From Podarcis cretensis (Eukaryota), in the NCBI GenBank assembly GCA_951804945.1, contig OX638160.1, forward strand, positions 11,470,001-11,534,000: DNA of 64,000 nt, read 5' to 3'. Under the pieces are notes generated by a model. It was not told where the DNA came from, ran no database searches, and saw only the letters and a list, made by a program, of their open reading frames with translations. The position numbers and the translations under genes are program-made. This document shows positions 1-12,500 of the stretch, one piece after another (the stretch's first letter is position 1; each line of letters opens with the position of its first letter).

Positions 1-742
1 CTTTCCTTGGTGACATGTAGTAAAACAGTGAATCAGAACAAAATTGGTCCTACCTGAAGCATAGGTTTCATCGGTTACGAGGGGGTAACTGGGGCCCAGC
101 CCTTTGGGGTCTGCAGTTATGTTTTCTAACTTAGGTTATATGTTCACTATTTATCTTCACATTCTTACTTACACACACGTTTTGAGCCAGGGTGGGAGAT
201 AGACAATTATTTTCAGATTTTTTTAAATGGACACAGTTTGCAGCTGCTATGAAAAACTGAATAGAGCGAGCTGACCCCCCACAAATCATTGTTCCTGCCT
301 TTGTCATGTGATTGAGGCCTGTCCCAACCCAGTTAACCCCTCGTCAACCTATGGAAATGAGGGTGTAATGATGATGACGATGTTGTATCCCATTGGTTTT
401 CCACTCCTGCACCACTTTGTTGGTTGGTTGAGGGAGTGGGACATTCACAGTGTGATTGTCATGAATCCAGGAGAGACAAAGCAGATGGGGAATGCTGTTT
501 TTGGCAGTGGTCACATAGGTCCCAAAATGTGTGGTTCTGCCCTTGGTCATTATTGGCTGGATAGGCACAGTAGTTTCAAAGTGTAGCTTTATAGCATGTA
601 CAAACCGCATTGGTTTATAGTTCAGAGAAATTGGCTTTTTGCTTGTTTTGTTTTCAGTCCTGTGTATTCATCCTCACTTCAAAATAGAATCATTGTTCTG
701 AACTGTAATTCTTCCTACCACACTTTCCTCTCTATGACATAG

Positions 743-961
743 GAACAGTATTTTGCTCTGCGACCAGAATTACGGACAAGGAACTATGGGAATATTACTG
801 ATCGTGTGGAGTTGAGAAGAAAGTTGAACTGCAAATCGTTTAAGTGGTATTTAGACAATATATACCCAGAGATGCAAATTTCTGGTTCTAATGCCAAAGT
901 ACCGCCGCCACTCTTTTTCAACAAAGGGCAAAAACGACCAAAAACATTGCAACGTGGACGG
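743..961 (+). CDS. GALNT11: GALNT11 coding exon (C-terminal catalytic region/linker), 219 nt
   Basis: AG 741-742, GT 962-963; [45 protein letters not shown]...QRGR, typical GalNAc-T CKSFKWYL motif; phase 0-0. Confidence 0.95.
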
Positions 962-1280
962 GTAAGATGCTGTTCTAACTCTTCAGGTTCTTTAAAATCA
1001 TACTCTGAAAAATGTAGTTATAAAGATCACAAAAGCTGCCATCTGAATTAAAAGAAACTATTATTACTTTCTAGCTGTTGTGCAGCTTCGCAATAAGAGT
1101 AGCTTTGAAAATCTGTAATTATGCACTGTAGTTTTTAGATCAAATATGCTAAAGGTATCATATCAGTCTTACTTGCCTTGCTTCCTGTGCAGGTTAACAA
1201 CCTTCGTTATGGATGAATGTCTTTCACATTTGTAGGTGACTATAATCTCTTGTCTGATCAGAAGCACTCTTGCTTTAGGA

Positions 1281-2072
1281 CAGGGTGGTCCAAGCTCTCA
1301 AACCAAGTAGGCCACAAGAGTACTTCAACACAGAACCTGGGGGGGGGGGCACACTGAATTAAATTTCCATATCATAAAGTGTTTGCAATATATTTAATAT
1401 TATTTATTATACACACATTTATCTACCTACCTACCTACCTACCTAAAAAGTGACCAAAAATCATGGAGGCTGCCTGGTGTGAGGAAAGTTGCTGGATGTA
1501 GGCAGGACTCCAGAAAGGAAAGAGGAAGGGAGAGGGAGGAGCCAAGCGAGTTATTACCAGCTCTTTGTGGGGCAAGTCAGAGAGAGGAAAAGAGTGTGAA
1601 AATGAGCAACTCACTGCAGCTCTGCCATTTTGCTTTTATTGCTTTCTTTCCCCCTTTCCCCTTCTCTCCTCCTTTGCCACTCCCGCTTCCAGCCCTGCCA
1701 CCACCACCAAAATATTCAACACATGCACACATGTGTGTGCACACTCACTAGCTCTAGTTCAAGTTAGGGATTCTCTCCAGATGAGAGAATCTTCTGCAAG
1801 GAAGACATTGCTTACTTGGCTGAAGAAACTGCCTTTTACTCCCCTCCTTTCCTTTTTTCTTCCACATCTTTCTTGCTCTCTACTCATCCTGCCCCCAAGG
1901 TGGATTCTCAGCCACAGCTGGGATGAGTGGCCTGTGCTGGTCACAAGCAAACTAGGGCAAGGCTTTCATGTTGTCACTTCCAGTTCCCTGCAGCTTCAAT
2001 ACATAGCAAGGGCCACCAAGAAAGGCCTTGAGGACCACAAGTGGCTTGTGTGCCGCGTGTTGGACAACCCTT
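1281..2072. mobile_element. Non-autonomous hAT DNA transposon (about 790 bp)
   Basis: TIR CAGGGTGGTCCAA / TTGGACAACCCTT; perfect 8-bp TSD CTTTAGGA (1273-1280, 2073-2080). Confidence 0.8.
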
Positions 2073-2156
2073 CTTTAGGAACACATATATTGGAAATGAC
2101 TTTACAGTGGAAGGAGATAAAAAACCTTACCTTTCCAAAGAATTGTAGATGATGTA

Positions 2157-2520
2157 GGGACGCAGGTGGCGCTGTGGGTTAAACCACAGAGCCTAGGACT
2201 TGCTGATCAGAAAGTCAGCGGTTCGAATCCCCGCAACGGGGTGAGCTCCCGTTCCCCGGTCCCAGCTCCTGCCAACCTAGCAGTTCGAAAGCACATCAAA
2301 GTGCAAGTAGATAAATAGGTACCGCTCTGGCGGGAAGGTAAACGGCGTTCCCGTGCGCTGCTCTGGTTCGCCAGAAGTGGCTTAGTCATGCTGGCCACAT
2401 GACCCGGAAGCTGTCTGCGGACAAACGCTGGTTCCCTCGGCCTATAGAGCGAGATGAGTGCCGCAACCCCAGAGTCGGTTACGACTGGACCTAATGGTCA
2501 GGGGTCCCTTTACCTTTACC
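2157..2520 (+). mobile_element. Sauria SINE, full length, more diverged subfamily
   Basis: tRNA-like head with A box and B box GGTTCGAATCC; (ACCTTT)n tail; clear similarity to the three young copies; no TSD seen. Confidence 0.9.
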
Positions 2521-2866
2521 TAATTACTCCTAAGTTAGCCTGTTTTGCAACATAAAAATGTGCATAGGTGCATAGGTGCATGCAACTTTCTCTTTTATCT
2601 CTGCTTAGCCTTGAGACTGCAACAAGTAGCTTTGGGCAAAGTTGCTGTCTCTGAGGTTACCTTATCAGCACACAAAGGTTTTTTTTTTTTTTTAAAAAAA
2701 AAGATAGGCTGAAGAGCTTATAGTTTACTTTGTCTGTGTGCTGAAAACTTTTGTGTCCTTACTAGTCTCTACTACTCATATCTCCTAGAAATCTGTCAGC
2801 AGAGTTGCTTCTGTGATTGCAATACCTTGATCTAGTGAAAATTATTCTAGAGATACAACTATTAGG

Positions 2867-2988
2867 CATGGGTGGAGCCAGGATTTTTGTTAGGGGGGCA
2901 GAACGGATGTGATTGGTCAGTTAAGTATTTCTATTGTTTCACTTGATGGGGGGGGAGCTGCCCCCTACCCCCCTTGGCTACGCCTATG
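2867..2988. mobile_element. Short MITE-like element
   Basis: Imperfect terminal inverted repeats CATGGGTGGAGCCA / TGGCTACGCCTATG. Confidence 0.4.
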
Positions 2989-3172
2989 TTGTTAAGGGAA
3001 ATTCTATAGAGAGCACATAAAATAACCTTCTGCCTCTTTCCTTCAAGCGTCTCTCATTTTTTCCATAATGCTCTCCCCCATCCTCTCCCTTATATAATAC
3101 AGCAAGAATGAATAGTATTGTGATTGCAGACATTTTCCAGTTGTCTTACGTGTGTGTGTTTTTCTTTTGCAG

Positions 3173-3277
3173 CTGCTTCATCTTCAGACAAATAAATGTC
3201 TTGTTGCCCAAGGCCACCCAAGTCAAAAAGGAGGACTTGTTGTGGTCAGAGAGTGTGATTACAATGATCAAAATCAG
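3173..3277 (+). CDS. GALNT11: GALNT11 coding exon, ricin-B lectin alpha repeat, 105 nt
   Basis: ttttgcag|CTG...CAG|gtaagt; [35 protein letters not shown]. Confidence 0.95.
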
Positions 3278-4319
3278 GTAAGTGCCCGAAGACAGCACTT
3301 ACTTTCTCCTTGCTTTGCTTTCCCTAGCATTGTTTATTTTTATAGTCTCCACAGTGTTGCTTTATTTTGATCACTCCTTCATAACATTAAAAACAAACCA
3401 CACCCAAATTCCTTCCACTATAGACATGAAAAGGGTCTCTCACTTGATATCTTCTCACTGTATGCTCTGGTCATCTATATCTTACGTCACATAAAGCTTT
3501 CTGTTTGTATCAATTCCCTTTCTGTTATTTCAGGACTGATCACTCAGATAAATACATCAGTATCCATTAGCTACTTTTTGCCACTGTTGTCTGCTTCAAA
3601 ATCACTTACTAAAAGGAGGCTTTGTGGATTCTTTAAGTACCTCACTACTGTAGGTGATACATTCAGAATTTTGCTCAGTGCTTGAGGTCCATTCCAGGAA
3701 CTTTCCAGGGCACCAAGAACAGATCTGCTTCAAAATGTGCCTTGAGGAGAGGCCCCATGTCCTGGAAATAAGTTCAATAGAGTTACTGGCCCATATGAAT
3801 GTGGATTTAAAATAGCCAGAGAAATTATATCTGATCCAAAAATGCACAGCTGTTAGAGGGTTCCAGAATTAAAGCAAACAACATCTGGCACCCTCCCTAC
3901 TTTTAGGTAATTTTAGAGAAGCCAAAAAAAGGGGGGAGGATAGAAAACTGGGAGTTTTCCATTGCTAGCACCTCTCCACATGTTCAGATTGGTCTAATAT
4001 ATTTCCTTTTTAAAGCTCAGCTCATACTTGTTCACAGAAAATAAGTATCTGTGGTAGTTTTTTCTGCTTAAGGTAAACAGATTTTTTTTCACTCCTTGAT
4101 GCTTAATTTGAAAATGTTAAGAAGGGAATCTTACTTAAATGCAATTAATAGGAAATTAATCTGCTTCAAAATACTTTAGAAAGCTGCGATTTTACACTGT
4201 GGCATATTTTATAAAGTGATTTGTGGCTGTTTTTGTGTTACTATTTTACTTCTTGTATTTTTGTACAATACTTAGAGGTTTAGAAATGATTTTAAATAAA
4301 TAAATTATTCCACTATTAG

Positions 4320-4457
4320 GTATGGCTTTACAATGAAGATCATGAGCTGATCCTAAACAATCTCCTATGCTTGGATGTGTCTGAATCTCACACTTCTGAT
4401 CCACCACGCCTTATGAAATGCCATGGATCAGGAGGATCTCAGCAATGGGTGCTTGGG
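4320..4457 (+). CDS. GALNT11: GALNT11 coding exon, ricin-B lectin beta repeat, 138 nt (not in ORF track)
   Basis: attag|GTA...GGG|gtgagt; [46 protein letters not shown] (CLD and QxW motifs). Confidence 0.95.
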
Positions 4458-5262
4458 GTGAGTTGTGGACAAGAGTGGATGATTTCAGATCTTTCTGTGT
4501 GTGTCTTTGTGTGGGTAGGTATGTGATTTTCTAATTCTAAAAATCACGTGTGGGTTAACAATTTCACACTAATGTTTTTCAGTACAGGTTTCCTATTAAA
4601 TGATGTGTGTGCTCATCTAAATTATGTGGAGATCAGGGGAGGAGTGAACTATCATGTAAATGGGCCATTGTTGGAATAAAAATCCAAATACCTCCTTTTG
4701 AGGTTGCATGGAATAACCTGACAAACTTAACAATGGAGGACATTTATCTACTGGGGAGTAGCCATGCACTCTCAACACCAGCCCCTCAATACTCTCCACA
4801 TACTGGAGGGCTGTGCAATAAATTGCCCTATTGTTGAATACCAGTACTGTATTGAAATAACATTGTGATAAGTGTTTCCACAAGGCAATATGCCGCTAAG
4901 CAAGAAATGGAGACTTAACAGCTTCCCAGGGGGTAGCTCAGCTGAAGGACACTTCGCATTGCAGGCATGGCGTCTCCAGCTTTGTTTGCTTCCTCCGTCC
5001 TAACAATAAGAAATGATGTCAAGGTAGTGCATTGCATTTTGAAAATGTGCATCTTTACTACCATGTCTGGTTATTTTAAAATGAAAGTCTGTTCTGCAGT
5101 CCATATCATCTAGAGGGCACCAGGCTGGAGAAGGCTGACCTATAGCAATATCCCATGAGATGAGCTCTCCGGGATTAGCTTCATGGAAACAATAATCTCA
5201 CTGTTTTTTGTCTACAGTGATAACATATTGTAATGTTTGCAGAGTTCCCCAGCTTTGCAATA

Positions 5263-5504
5263 CAGTGGTACCTTGGGTTAAGTATTTAATTCGTTCCGGA
5301 GGTCCGTTCCTAACCTGAAACTGTTCTTGAATTGAAGCACCACTTTAGCTAATGGGGCCTCCCGCTGCTGCCGCGCCGCCGGAGCACGATTTCTGTTCTC
5401 ATCCTGAAGCAAAGTTCTTAACCCGAGGTAGTATTTCTGGGTTAGCGGAGTCTGTAACCTGAAATGTATGTAACCTGAAGCGTATGTAACCCGAGGTACC
5501 ACTG
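5263..5504. mobile_element. Tc1/mariner (pogo/Tigger-like) MITE, 242 bp
   Basis: TIR CAGTGGTACCT(T/C)GGGTTA, 18 bp with 1 mismatch; TA TSD on both sides. Confidence 0.9.
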
Positions 5505-5747
5505 TATATAGATTTGGCTAAGAAAAGTGATCCAAACAGATCACTGCAGCATCAAGCTTCAAACATTAGTGCCTGAATAGTTATTCAGAGTTCCTGTCCT
5601 CTAGATGAGTGGTGAGTGAATCAGGGCAACATTTAACTGCCCTAGTAAGGTCAGCTCTTCTCACCCCAGCACAGACAATATTCTCATTCAGAAGCAGGCT
5701 TTGAGCTGCTTTGTCTCAACTGTTGCGTTTAATTTTTCTGTCTCCAG

Positions 5748-5879
5748 AAACATAATCGACTCTATCAGGTGTCCGTTGGGCAGTGCATGAAGGTAGCTGA
5801 TTCGCTTAGCCTCAAAGGATATGTGACCATGGCAATTTGTGACGGCTCCCTCCCTCAGCAGTGGCGCTTTGAAAGCTGA
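5748..5879 (+). CDS. GALNT11: GALNT11 terminal coding exon, lectin gamma repeat, stop TGA 5877-5879
   Basis: tctccag|AAA; [43 protein letters not shown]. Confidence 0.95.
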   Translation, partial: KHNRLYQVSVGQCMKVADSLSLKGYVTMAICDGSLPQQWRFES

Positions 5880-6764
5880 CTGACAGTGAAGGCCCATTTC
5901 CACAGTAGCCTATAGTTGACCTTATAGAGCCTGCAGTCCCTGCTGCTATTTCTGAAACGGAACAGTTTGGGAAGCTTTTAGAAGCAAGCGGAATAGGAGC
6001 TGTGGCAGCCATGTTTCAACCTCTACACACATAGAAGTGCAATTCATGTAAGTTTTTTGCACTTCCCTGGCAAATGTAGATACTCTAAATAGTTAGACCA
6101 TTGTATTTAATTAGGAAAGAAAATTAATATTGAATATTTCCAATAGTCAGATGACTACCTTGTCTTGCCTGTACTTCTTGCACAAGTATTACTGTACTAT
6201 TATTTTCTTTGTTTGGATGATGAATTATTTTAACTGATCTGGAAAAAGAATATTCATTTTTAAACAAATCTCTGTATTTAATTTTAATTCATTAATTTTA
6301 ACATGTTACATTGTTAACATTTTATGTCACAGCATTTAAAATAAGTCATTACAGATTTTGATGTCTCTGGGCAGCATCCAGAATCATGAAGTGGAAATAG
6401 GTTTATACAGTGGGTCTCATGTCTTCTCCCTGCTGCCCCCCTGTATCCCAAAAGCCTCCCCTGACGATCTGGGAATCCTTAGGGAGGTATGGGAATGGGG
6501 GCTGCAGCAGTCGGGAACAATTACTGGAATTCAGGTAGGGGCTGACTTGCAATGGCAAATTGGCATTTTAAGAGCAAGTATGGTACTTTTTCTGTTATAA
6601 TCAGTTTCTGAGTGAAGAGGTCAACAGAAATGATTATGGTGCAAGATGTATGTATCTCAATACACTTGTGTGGACTTTTAAATTTCTTCCTCTGGATTGA
6701 AAGCATTAATTGCTGATTTTTCCTTTACTGGTTCATTCAGCACTGGTTTAAAATGCAGTTGCAT

Positions 6765-6770
6765 AATAAA
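6765..6770 (+). terminator. Candidate GALNT11 polyadenylation signal AATAAA
   Basis: AATAAA about 890 nt after the stop, followed by a T-rich downstream element near 6809-6824. Confidence 0.45.
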
Positions 6771-7653
6771 CTTGTGAAAATACTTCAGGGTTAACAATGT
6801 TTGAAACATTTTCTTTCTTTCTTTGAAATCGAGCAATATGCTTAGGACCTTGTCCAAAGGGGTTGGGGTGGGGGAGATCTGTACCTTATAAGAATTTATT
6901 AAGTTTTAATTTGCCACAGAGTTAATTTTTACTGATTTGTGGACTGTATGCTGCACAACAAACAAATGGAATACCAGCTAGTGTGTGCCACCTGTCTTAT
7001 TTTAACAGGTTGTCTAGTTAGGCCTGCATCCCCAGCACATAACACAGAATACTATGAACACCTCTGAGCATAGACTGCACTTTCATTTCAGTGAAGCTAG
7101 CAGCTCTCATGAAGTATATAATCCAACAAAACAATGGCTATCAGCTGTACTGTGTTCATACAGAAAGAAAGCTGTGGGTGGAAGTTACAGCACCAATTCA
7201 AGGAATTTGAATCTGTCCTAATATTTACTAGACCTTATTTTCAAAGAATTGAGCAGATTATATCCAGATGTGGAATGTTATGGTATCCAGAATAGAAAAT
7301 TGGGTGGAGTTCTTGTGGGCATTGATTTTACTCTGCAGATCATTCAAAAGCCATATACTATAAATAGTCTGGGAAGCATTCAGATTTATGAATTGCACTG
7401 TGGCTTTCTTCCAACTTTATCTGCTCGAGGCTATGTGCCTCTCAGCAATTAAATCATTGCTTTTGGTATTTTAGTTTGGAGTAAAGGTGATGGATTTATT
7501 TTTATATTATTATGGCTGCTTCCCTCTTTGAATGGCAGTGCAGTGCTGTACCAAATCTTGAGGCTCCTAAGTAAACCATCTAGGAACATTCTGGTAAAAT
7601 AAGAAACATTTCCAAATGAAAATATAGAGGTAATATTTATAGATGTAAAATAT

Positions 7654-7659
7654 TTTATT
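7654..7659 (-). terminator. Candidate KMT2C distal polyadenylation signal AATAAA
   Basis: TTTATT on +, at the end of a long AT-rich 3' UTR-like tract; other AATAAA sites exist upstream (e.g. 8795-8800). Confidence 0.45.
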
Positions 7660-7794
7660 TGTAAATGCTGATCTTCTAAATCTGTTTCCACAAATTTCAA
7701 AGCCCATAACACTCTGTATACTTCAAAAATTCATTTTTTGCCAACATTAGATAACTATTATACAGAACAGAAAAAACCTGTAGGACAAATACTG

Positions 7795-7934
7795 NNNNNN
7801 NNNNNNNNNNNNNNNNNNNNNNNNNNNNNNNNNNNNNNNNNNNNNNNNNNNNNNNNNNNNNNNNNNNNNNNNNNNNNNNNNNNNNNNNNNNNNNNNNNNN
7901 NNNNNNNNNNNNNNNNNNNNNNNNNNNNNNNNNN
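7795..7934. other. Assembly gap (140 N) inside the inferred KMT2C 3' UTR
   Basis: Run of N. Confidence 1.
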
Positions 7935-9489
7935 AGAACTGTAGCACTGAATATATCAACAGTTTTACAGTCCACTTTCGCTGTGCACACAAAAAACTTC
8001 ATTTTTTTAATATTTAGACTGTGAAGTGTCAGTACCAGAATTTAAAGTACAAAATAAAAAAACTAACCTGCTTCAAAATGTTGATTAGGTTTCTACAAGC
8101 AAACACAAACAGTGTTTTATTTTTTTTAAAGAAATGTAAACAAAACAATCCATACAAACACATTTTTTTAAATTACATTTTCCAAAACCCTATTGCCAGA
8201 GTCCTGCAGCTGAAAGCACAATTACACCTAATTTTTTCTTTGTTTTTACTTTTAAAGAAGGCAGCTATTGTATTAGACTTACGCTCTCACTACACATTTC
8301 TATTTTCATTACATGATTTAGTGTAAGCTGAACAGTTCATGTAATCCCCACTACTATTTTCTGGAAAAGAAAATCAATGTTCAGCTTCTATTTTGGGTGG
8401 TTTTAGCAGTTATTCACAGTTATCACAAATTCTAAGCACAAAAAACCTGATTTAAGAAATAGGGATGTAACAATATAATACAAATAAAATAAATCAGTCT
8501 AAATTTCCTCAGACATCTACAAAAGTCATAGTTGTAATATACATGCTCTCTACCAGTCTTAATGGTTACTTAAAAAAGTTATTAATAGAGCACAGTTGAG
8601 CCTGCTTTAAAGATTAAAAAAATAAAGTAAAACCTCTCTTTAAATTGAGATTTTGGTTATTCCATAACAATTGTAATGGCATTTTTAATACATGAGATCA
8701 TATTGTAACATCCCTATCAAAGTTTTATAATAAGCACCCGAACTGCTGCAAAGTCTGGTAGCATTTGGTCAATTACTATTTTTTTATACTGTACTTTATT
8801 CCTCAAAATATTTACACTTTTGTACAAAGTAACAGGGTTTGTTAGTTCTGCAGGTAACAGCAGCAGCTTGGCTTCTAACTTTTCCTTTTAAAAATAGCTT
8901 CATTCACTTATTTCAATAATAAATACAAAAAGTTTCTCTTATTTTACAGAAATCAAAAACTACAATAAACTGACTCATGGAATCAAGTATTTTAAATGTA
9001 TTTTAGTGCAAGTTATTTCCCTTAGCTCTATCCCTAAGGAAGTCATTTCAGTACATTCCTTGTTCAGTGGTGTCTACTTTTATTTATTTATTTTTTCTGT
9101 ATTTAGAGGGCCTGCCCCTTTAATAAGTAAGGCTGTGGCCAGCACTTTGGACGTCTCCCTTTCGCTGGTGATTTCAGTCTACATTCATTGATGCCCCACT
9201 GCCCTTTTGCAGTTCAGCCATAGCTTCTCTGCCCAAGTTCAACGATTTCTCCTTATGAGTTCATAAAATCAAAAGTGCTGGACTGGTTTGGAGATCAGTT
9301 TCACCTCTGTGTGCCTTGGACATCAGGCAACAACTCCATATTCTGCCAGCTTGCTTCACACTGGTGTAGAATACAACTTTCAGAAGTGATTGCTTTCACA
9401 CCCACCCACACCCACCCCATAAAAATCAAAAAAATCAAAATCACTTCATCCTTGGGACAAGCAACCCCTGGAGACAGCAAGGAATGCAT

Positions 9490-9582
9490 CTAGTTCATCC
9501 ATTTTCGGCAGTTTACAGCTCCACAGTGACATGGAATCTTGTGCTGGTCATCTTCAAAATCAAACTTATAGTCATAACAGAG
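9490..9582 (-). CDS. KMT2C: KMT2C last coding exon (~59), SET end and post-SET
   Basis: tttcag|CTC; [30 protein letters not shown] (TAG). Confidence 0.97.
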   Translation of the reverse strand, partial: LCYDYKFDFEDDQHKIPCHCGAVNCRKWMN

Positions 9583-12500
9583 CTGAAAGAAAGGGACTGC
9601 CAGTTAGGTTTGGTGTTTGCAAAATCAAGAACAACTACTCACCTCATATATACATGGACGCGTTCTCAATTTCATATGTTGTTGTATTTTAAGTTGCTAA
9701 CATTGATTATGGATGGAAGCAGCAGCTTCTTGCAAGGTGAACTATGCCTAGGGTGCTAAAGTTCAGCCTCGTTGAATCAATATAGTGGCAAATGCCATAT
9801 TCATCTGTAATGTGATAATGGGCTGGGGCAACCATTTCAGATGGGTGGGGTATAAATAATAAATTCTTCTTATATTATTAATATCCTGAAATGGTGTTGC
9901 AGATTAAGGGTTGGTTTAGGAGATACCCCATTTCGGTAACCAGTCTAACCAGCTCATTGTGGCTGTTTTTATTTGCCAGAGTTCTTGCTACTGAAAATAT
10001 AGTGCAGAATGAAATGTGCTGATTGAGGTGCAAGAATGTTCCCCAAGGTGTTTGGAAGCATACACCTGAAAAGCCTTTATCTGTTGCTATCAAAGTAACT
10101 TTCCACGTTGGGGGCAAATACATCTCCACATGAAACGGTCTGCATGCTGCCCAAGAACTCTACAACACTGCTGTGTGCATTTGAATGGGCTCCAAAACAG
10201 TTACACCGGAATGATTTTTTTTTTTTTAAGTAGTAGTTTTCCAATATCCTATTTAGTGTGACGTTTCAGCATACAAAGCAATGTTTTACATTCTGCACAC
10301 TTCTATATGTGTACTTGCAGAAGTAAGCCCTGTTGAGTTCAATGAAAGTTACTCCCAGGTATGTGGGTAGAGGAAAGTGGTAAATGTTAAACAGCTTTAC
10401 AGTATAAACAAACTTTAACAAGGCATTCTTCAGAATGGCTTCTAATAGATTGCCTAAAATGCTAAGCAGTGCATGGGAAAAAATACAAGAGGGTGAGACT
10501 GTCCAGTTGACGAGTCAACAGAAAATAAATAAATCATGGTACTTAAAAAAGAAGCAAGTGCTGAAACATTTTTGTAACTAGGAATTTTAGAAAGAAGAAA
10601 TTGAGCATATTCTACAAATAAAGGTTTAAGCTACTAGAAGCTATGCAAATCCTACCTCTTCTCCCTTCTGGATTCTCCTGCTAGAGCTAATGATGATCTT
10701 ATGTCCCCTTTCAAAGGTTACCACCTCAGCCACACAGTTTGGTGCACAGGAATGGTTAATATACCTACAAGGGGTGGGGGGTTGGGAAAACAGGAGAAAT
10801 CCAGGCACATGTTTTAAAGTGTTGAGGAAGCAAACTGATTTTACTGTAAAATATGTATCTACAACCTCTGATCTTTGCCCAGGAAAAAACAAAGTTCAAA
10901 AAGTGCTCTATTGCTGGACATCTGCTTTGAGAGCACAAATCAAGGCTACAGTAAATTAATAAGGCAGCTTTAGTTTACTGGGAGTATGACAGTTGAATGC
11001 GCCAACTTAGAGAATAAAGGCAATTGCGGAAGAACACTTCCAGTAGAACTCCTCAGGAAAGAGCCAGCAAAGAGAACATGGCTGGCATCCAAAAATGAGA
11101 TCACCATTCCTCTCAAGAGCCACCCACCTTGCAGGACCTCCTGTCAATGTGGCATCAATGACATGGTCATTGTCAATGCGGAACATGTACACTCCGCGAT
11201 TCTGCGAGGAGGGAAGCAGAGAGAAAATGCTGTCAGATCTGTACAAGAAGAGTCAATCATTCAAACAAAAGGAGTGACACACGGTTCAAAGTGTTTTTCA
11301 GATTCATAATGAGACAACCCATTGGCATACTGTGGGAGACTTGGGTATATTTATACCCAACACAGAAAGCAGAGCATGCTTACTAGTATTTTGTGACTAG
11401 ATGTATTGAATAGAAAAGGCAACCTAGAAGATCCTTTAGAGACAGGCTCAGACACAGCCACAAACTAATAGTCTCAGTCAGTCTAAATCAGGCATGTCCA
11501 ACTTCCAAGAGACTGCGATCTACTCCCACTATAAAAAAAACTGGCAGTGATCTACCCATTGGATTGACCAAAGTTGTTGAACTTTTTTTTGGAGAGCGAA
11601 AGTTGTTGGGGTTTTTTTTTGGGGGGGGGGGTAGGGTGGGGAGATCGACCAGGGATGCCCAGTGATTGACTGGTAGATTGCAATTGACCTGTTGGACATG
11701 CCTGCTCTAAATGAATTCACATTCTCACACAATCTGTACCTATAGTCACTGGATGGTTGTGGGGACATGGATGTTACTCTGAATGGTTGGTGTGTATCGT
11801 AGTCTCTGTTGCACAGATCTCTACATATATGGGCCCAGATATCGGTTCATACATTTTTCACACACAATGTTTATGAACACAATGAACATCTGCTAATACT
11901 TTGAGCCATTTTTAAAAATTCTCCGGAAACACCAGGTGCTCCTGCTATCTGGAGACACAGTTCTGAGTGCTTCACATCCAAGCTGTAATACATGTCAGCA
12001 TTCACAACGCTATAGCTGTTTGCTCTGGAGAAGAGCTCACACATTTTTGACTATCTTACATGAGTTCTTGAAACAGGTTAAGTTGCCTTATGTAATACCT
12101 GAGATTCATAAAGCTTCTCTTTCCTGTTGGCTACCTCATTGCGGATGATGGTTCCAATATATTCAATGACCATGGTGTGCTTTTCAATGTCTCTAGCAGC
12201 ATATAAGCCCAGGCCCTACAAAGAATAGTAGATGCTTTAGGAATATCTCAGTACCAGAGTGCACAACCTGAACACTATGTTGGTGTAGTTTAGCATTAGG
12301 GTACAAGAACTGATGCTTTTTAGCAAACTTACAGTCAATCCTATACATGTTTACTCATAAGTATGTCCCTTTGTGTTCAATGGAGATTACTCCCATTTAA
12401 GGGAGTAGCTCAAATCAGCAAGGAGAAAAATAACACTAACATAGCCCACCAGTACACAAGTGCTATTCAGACCTTAATGTAAATTGAATGTAGTCTTTTA

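Larger units (their letters stand above)
7640..9489 (-). other. KMT2C: KMT2C 3' UTR (approximate, about 1.8 kb)
   Basis: AT-rich tract with no recognisable TE between the stop codon and the candidate PAS. Confidence 0.6.

Noticed and set aside
60-353. Inverted repeat 77-93 / 328-344 (16/17) plus CATAGGTT/AACCTATG, and ORFs 308-586 and 344-610
   Set aside because: Most likely a decayed MITE in a GALNT11 intron; the ORFs have no recognisable homology or splice context
1479-2152. 195-aa and 90-aa ORFs on +
   Set aside because: They lie in the low-complexity interior of a non-autonomous hAT element with no transposase motifs
7697-8002. ORFs spanning 7795-7934
   Set aside because: Artefacts of the N gap
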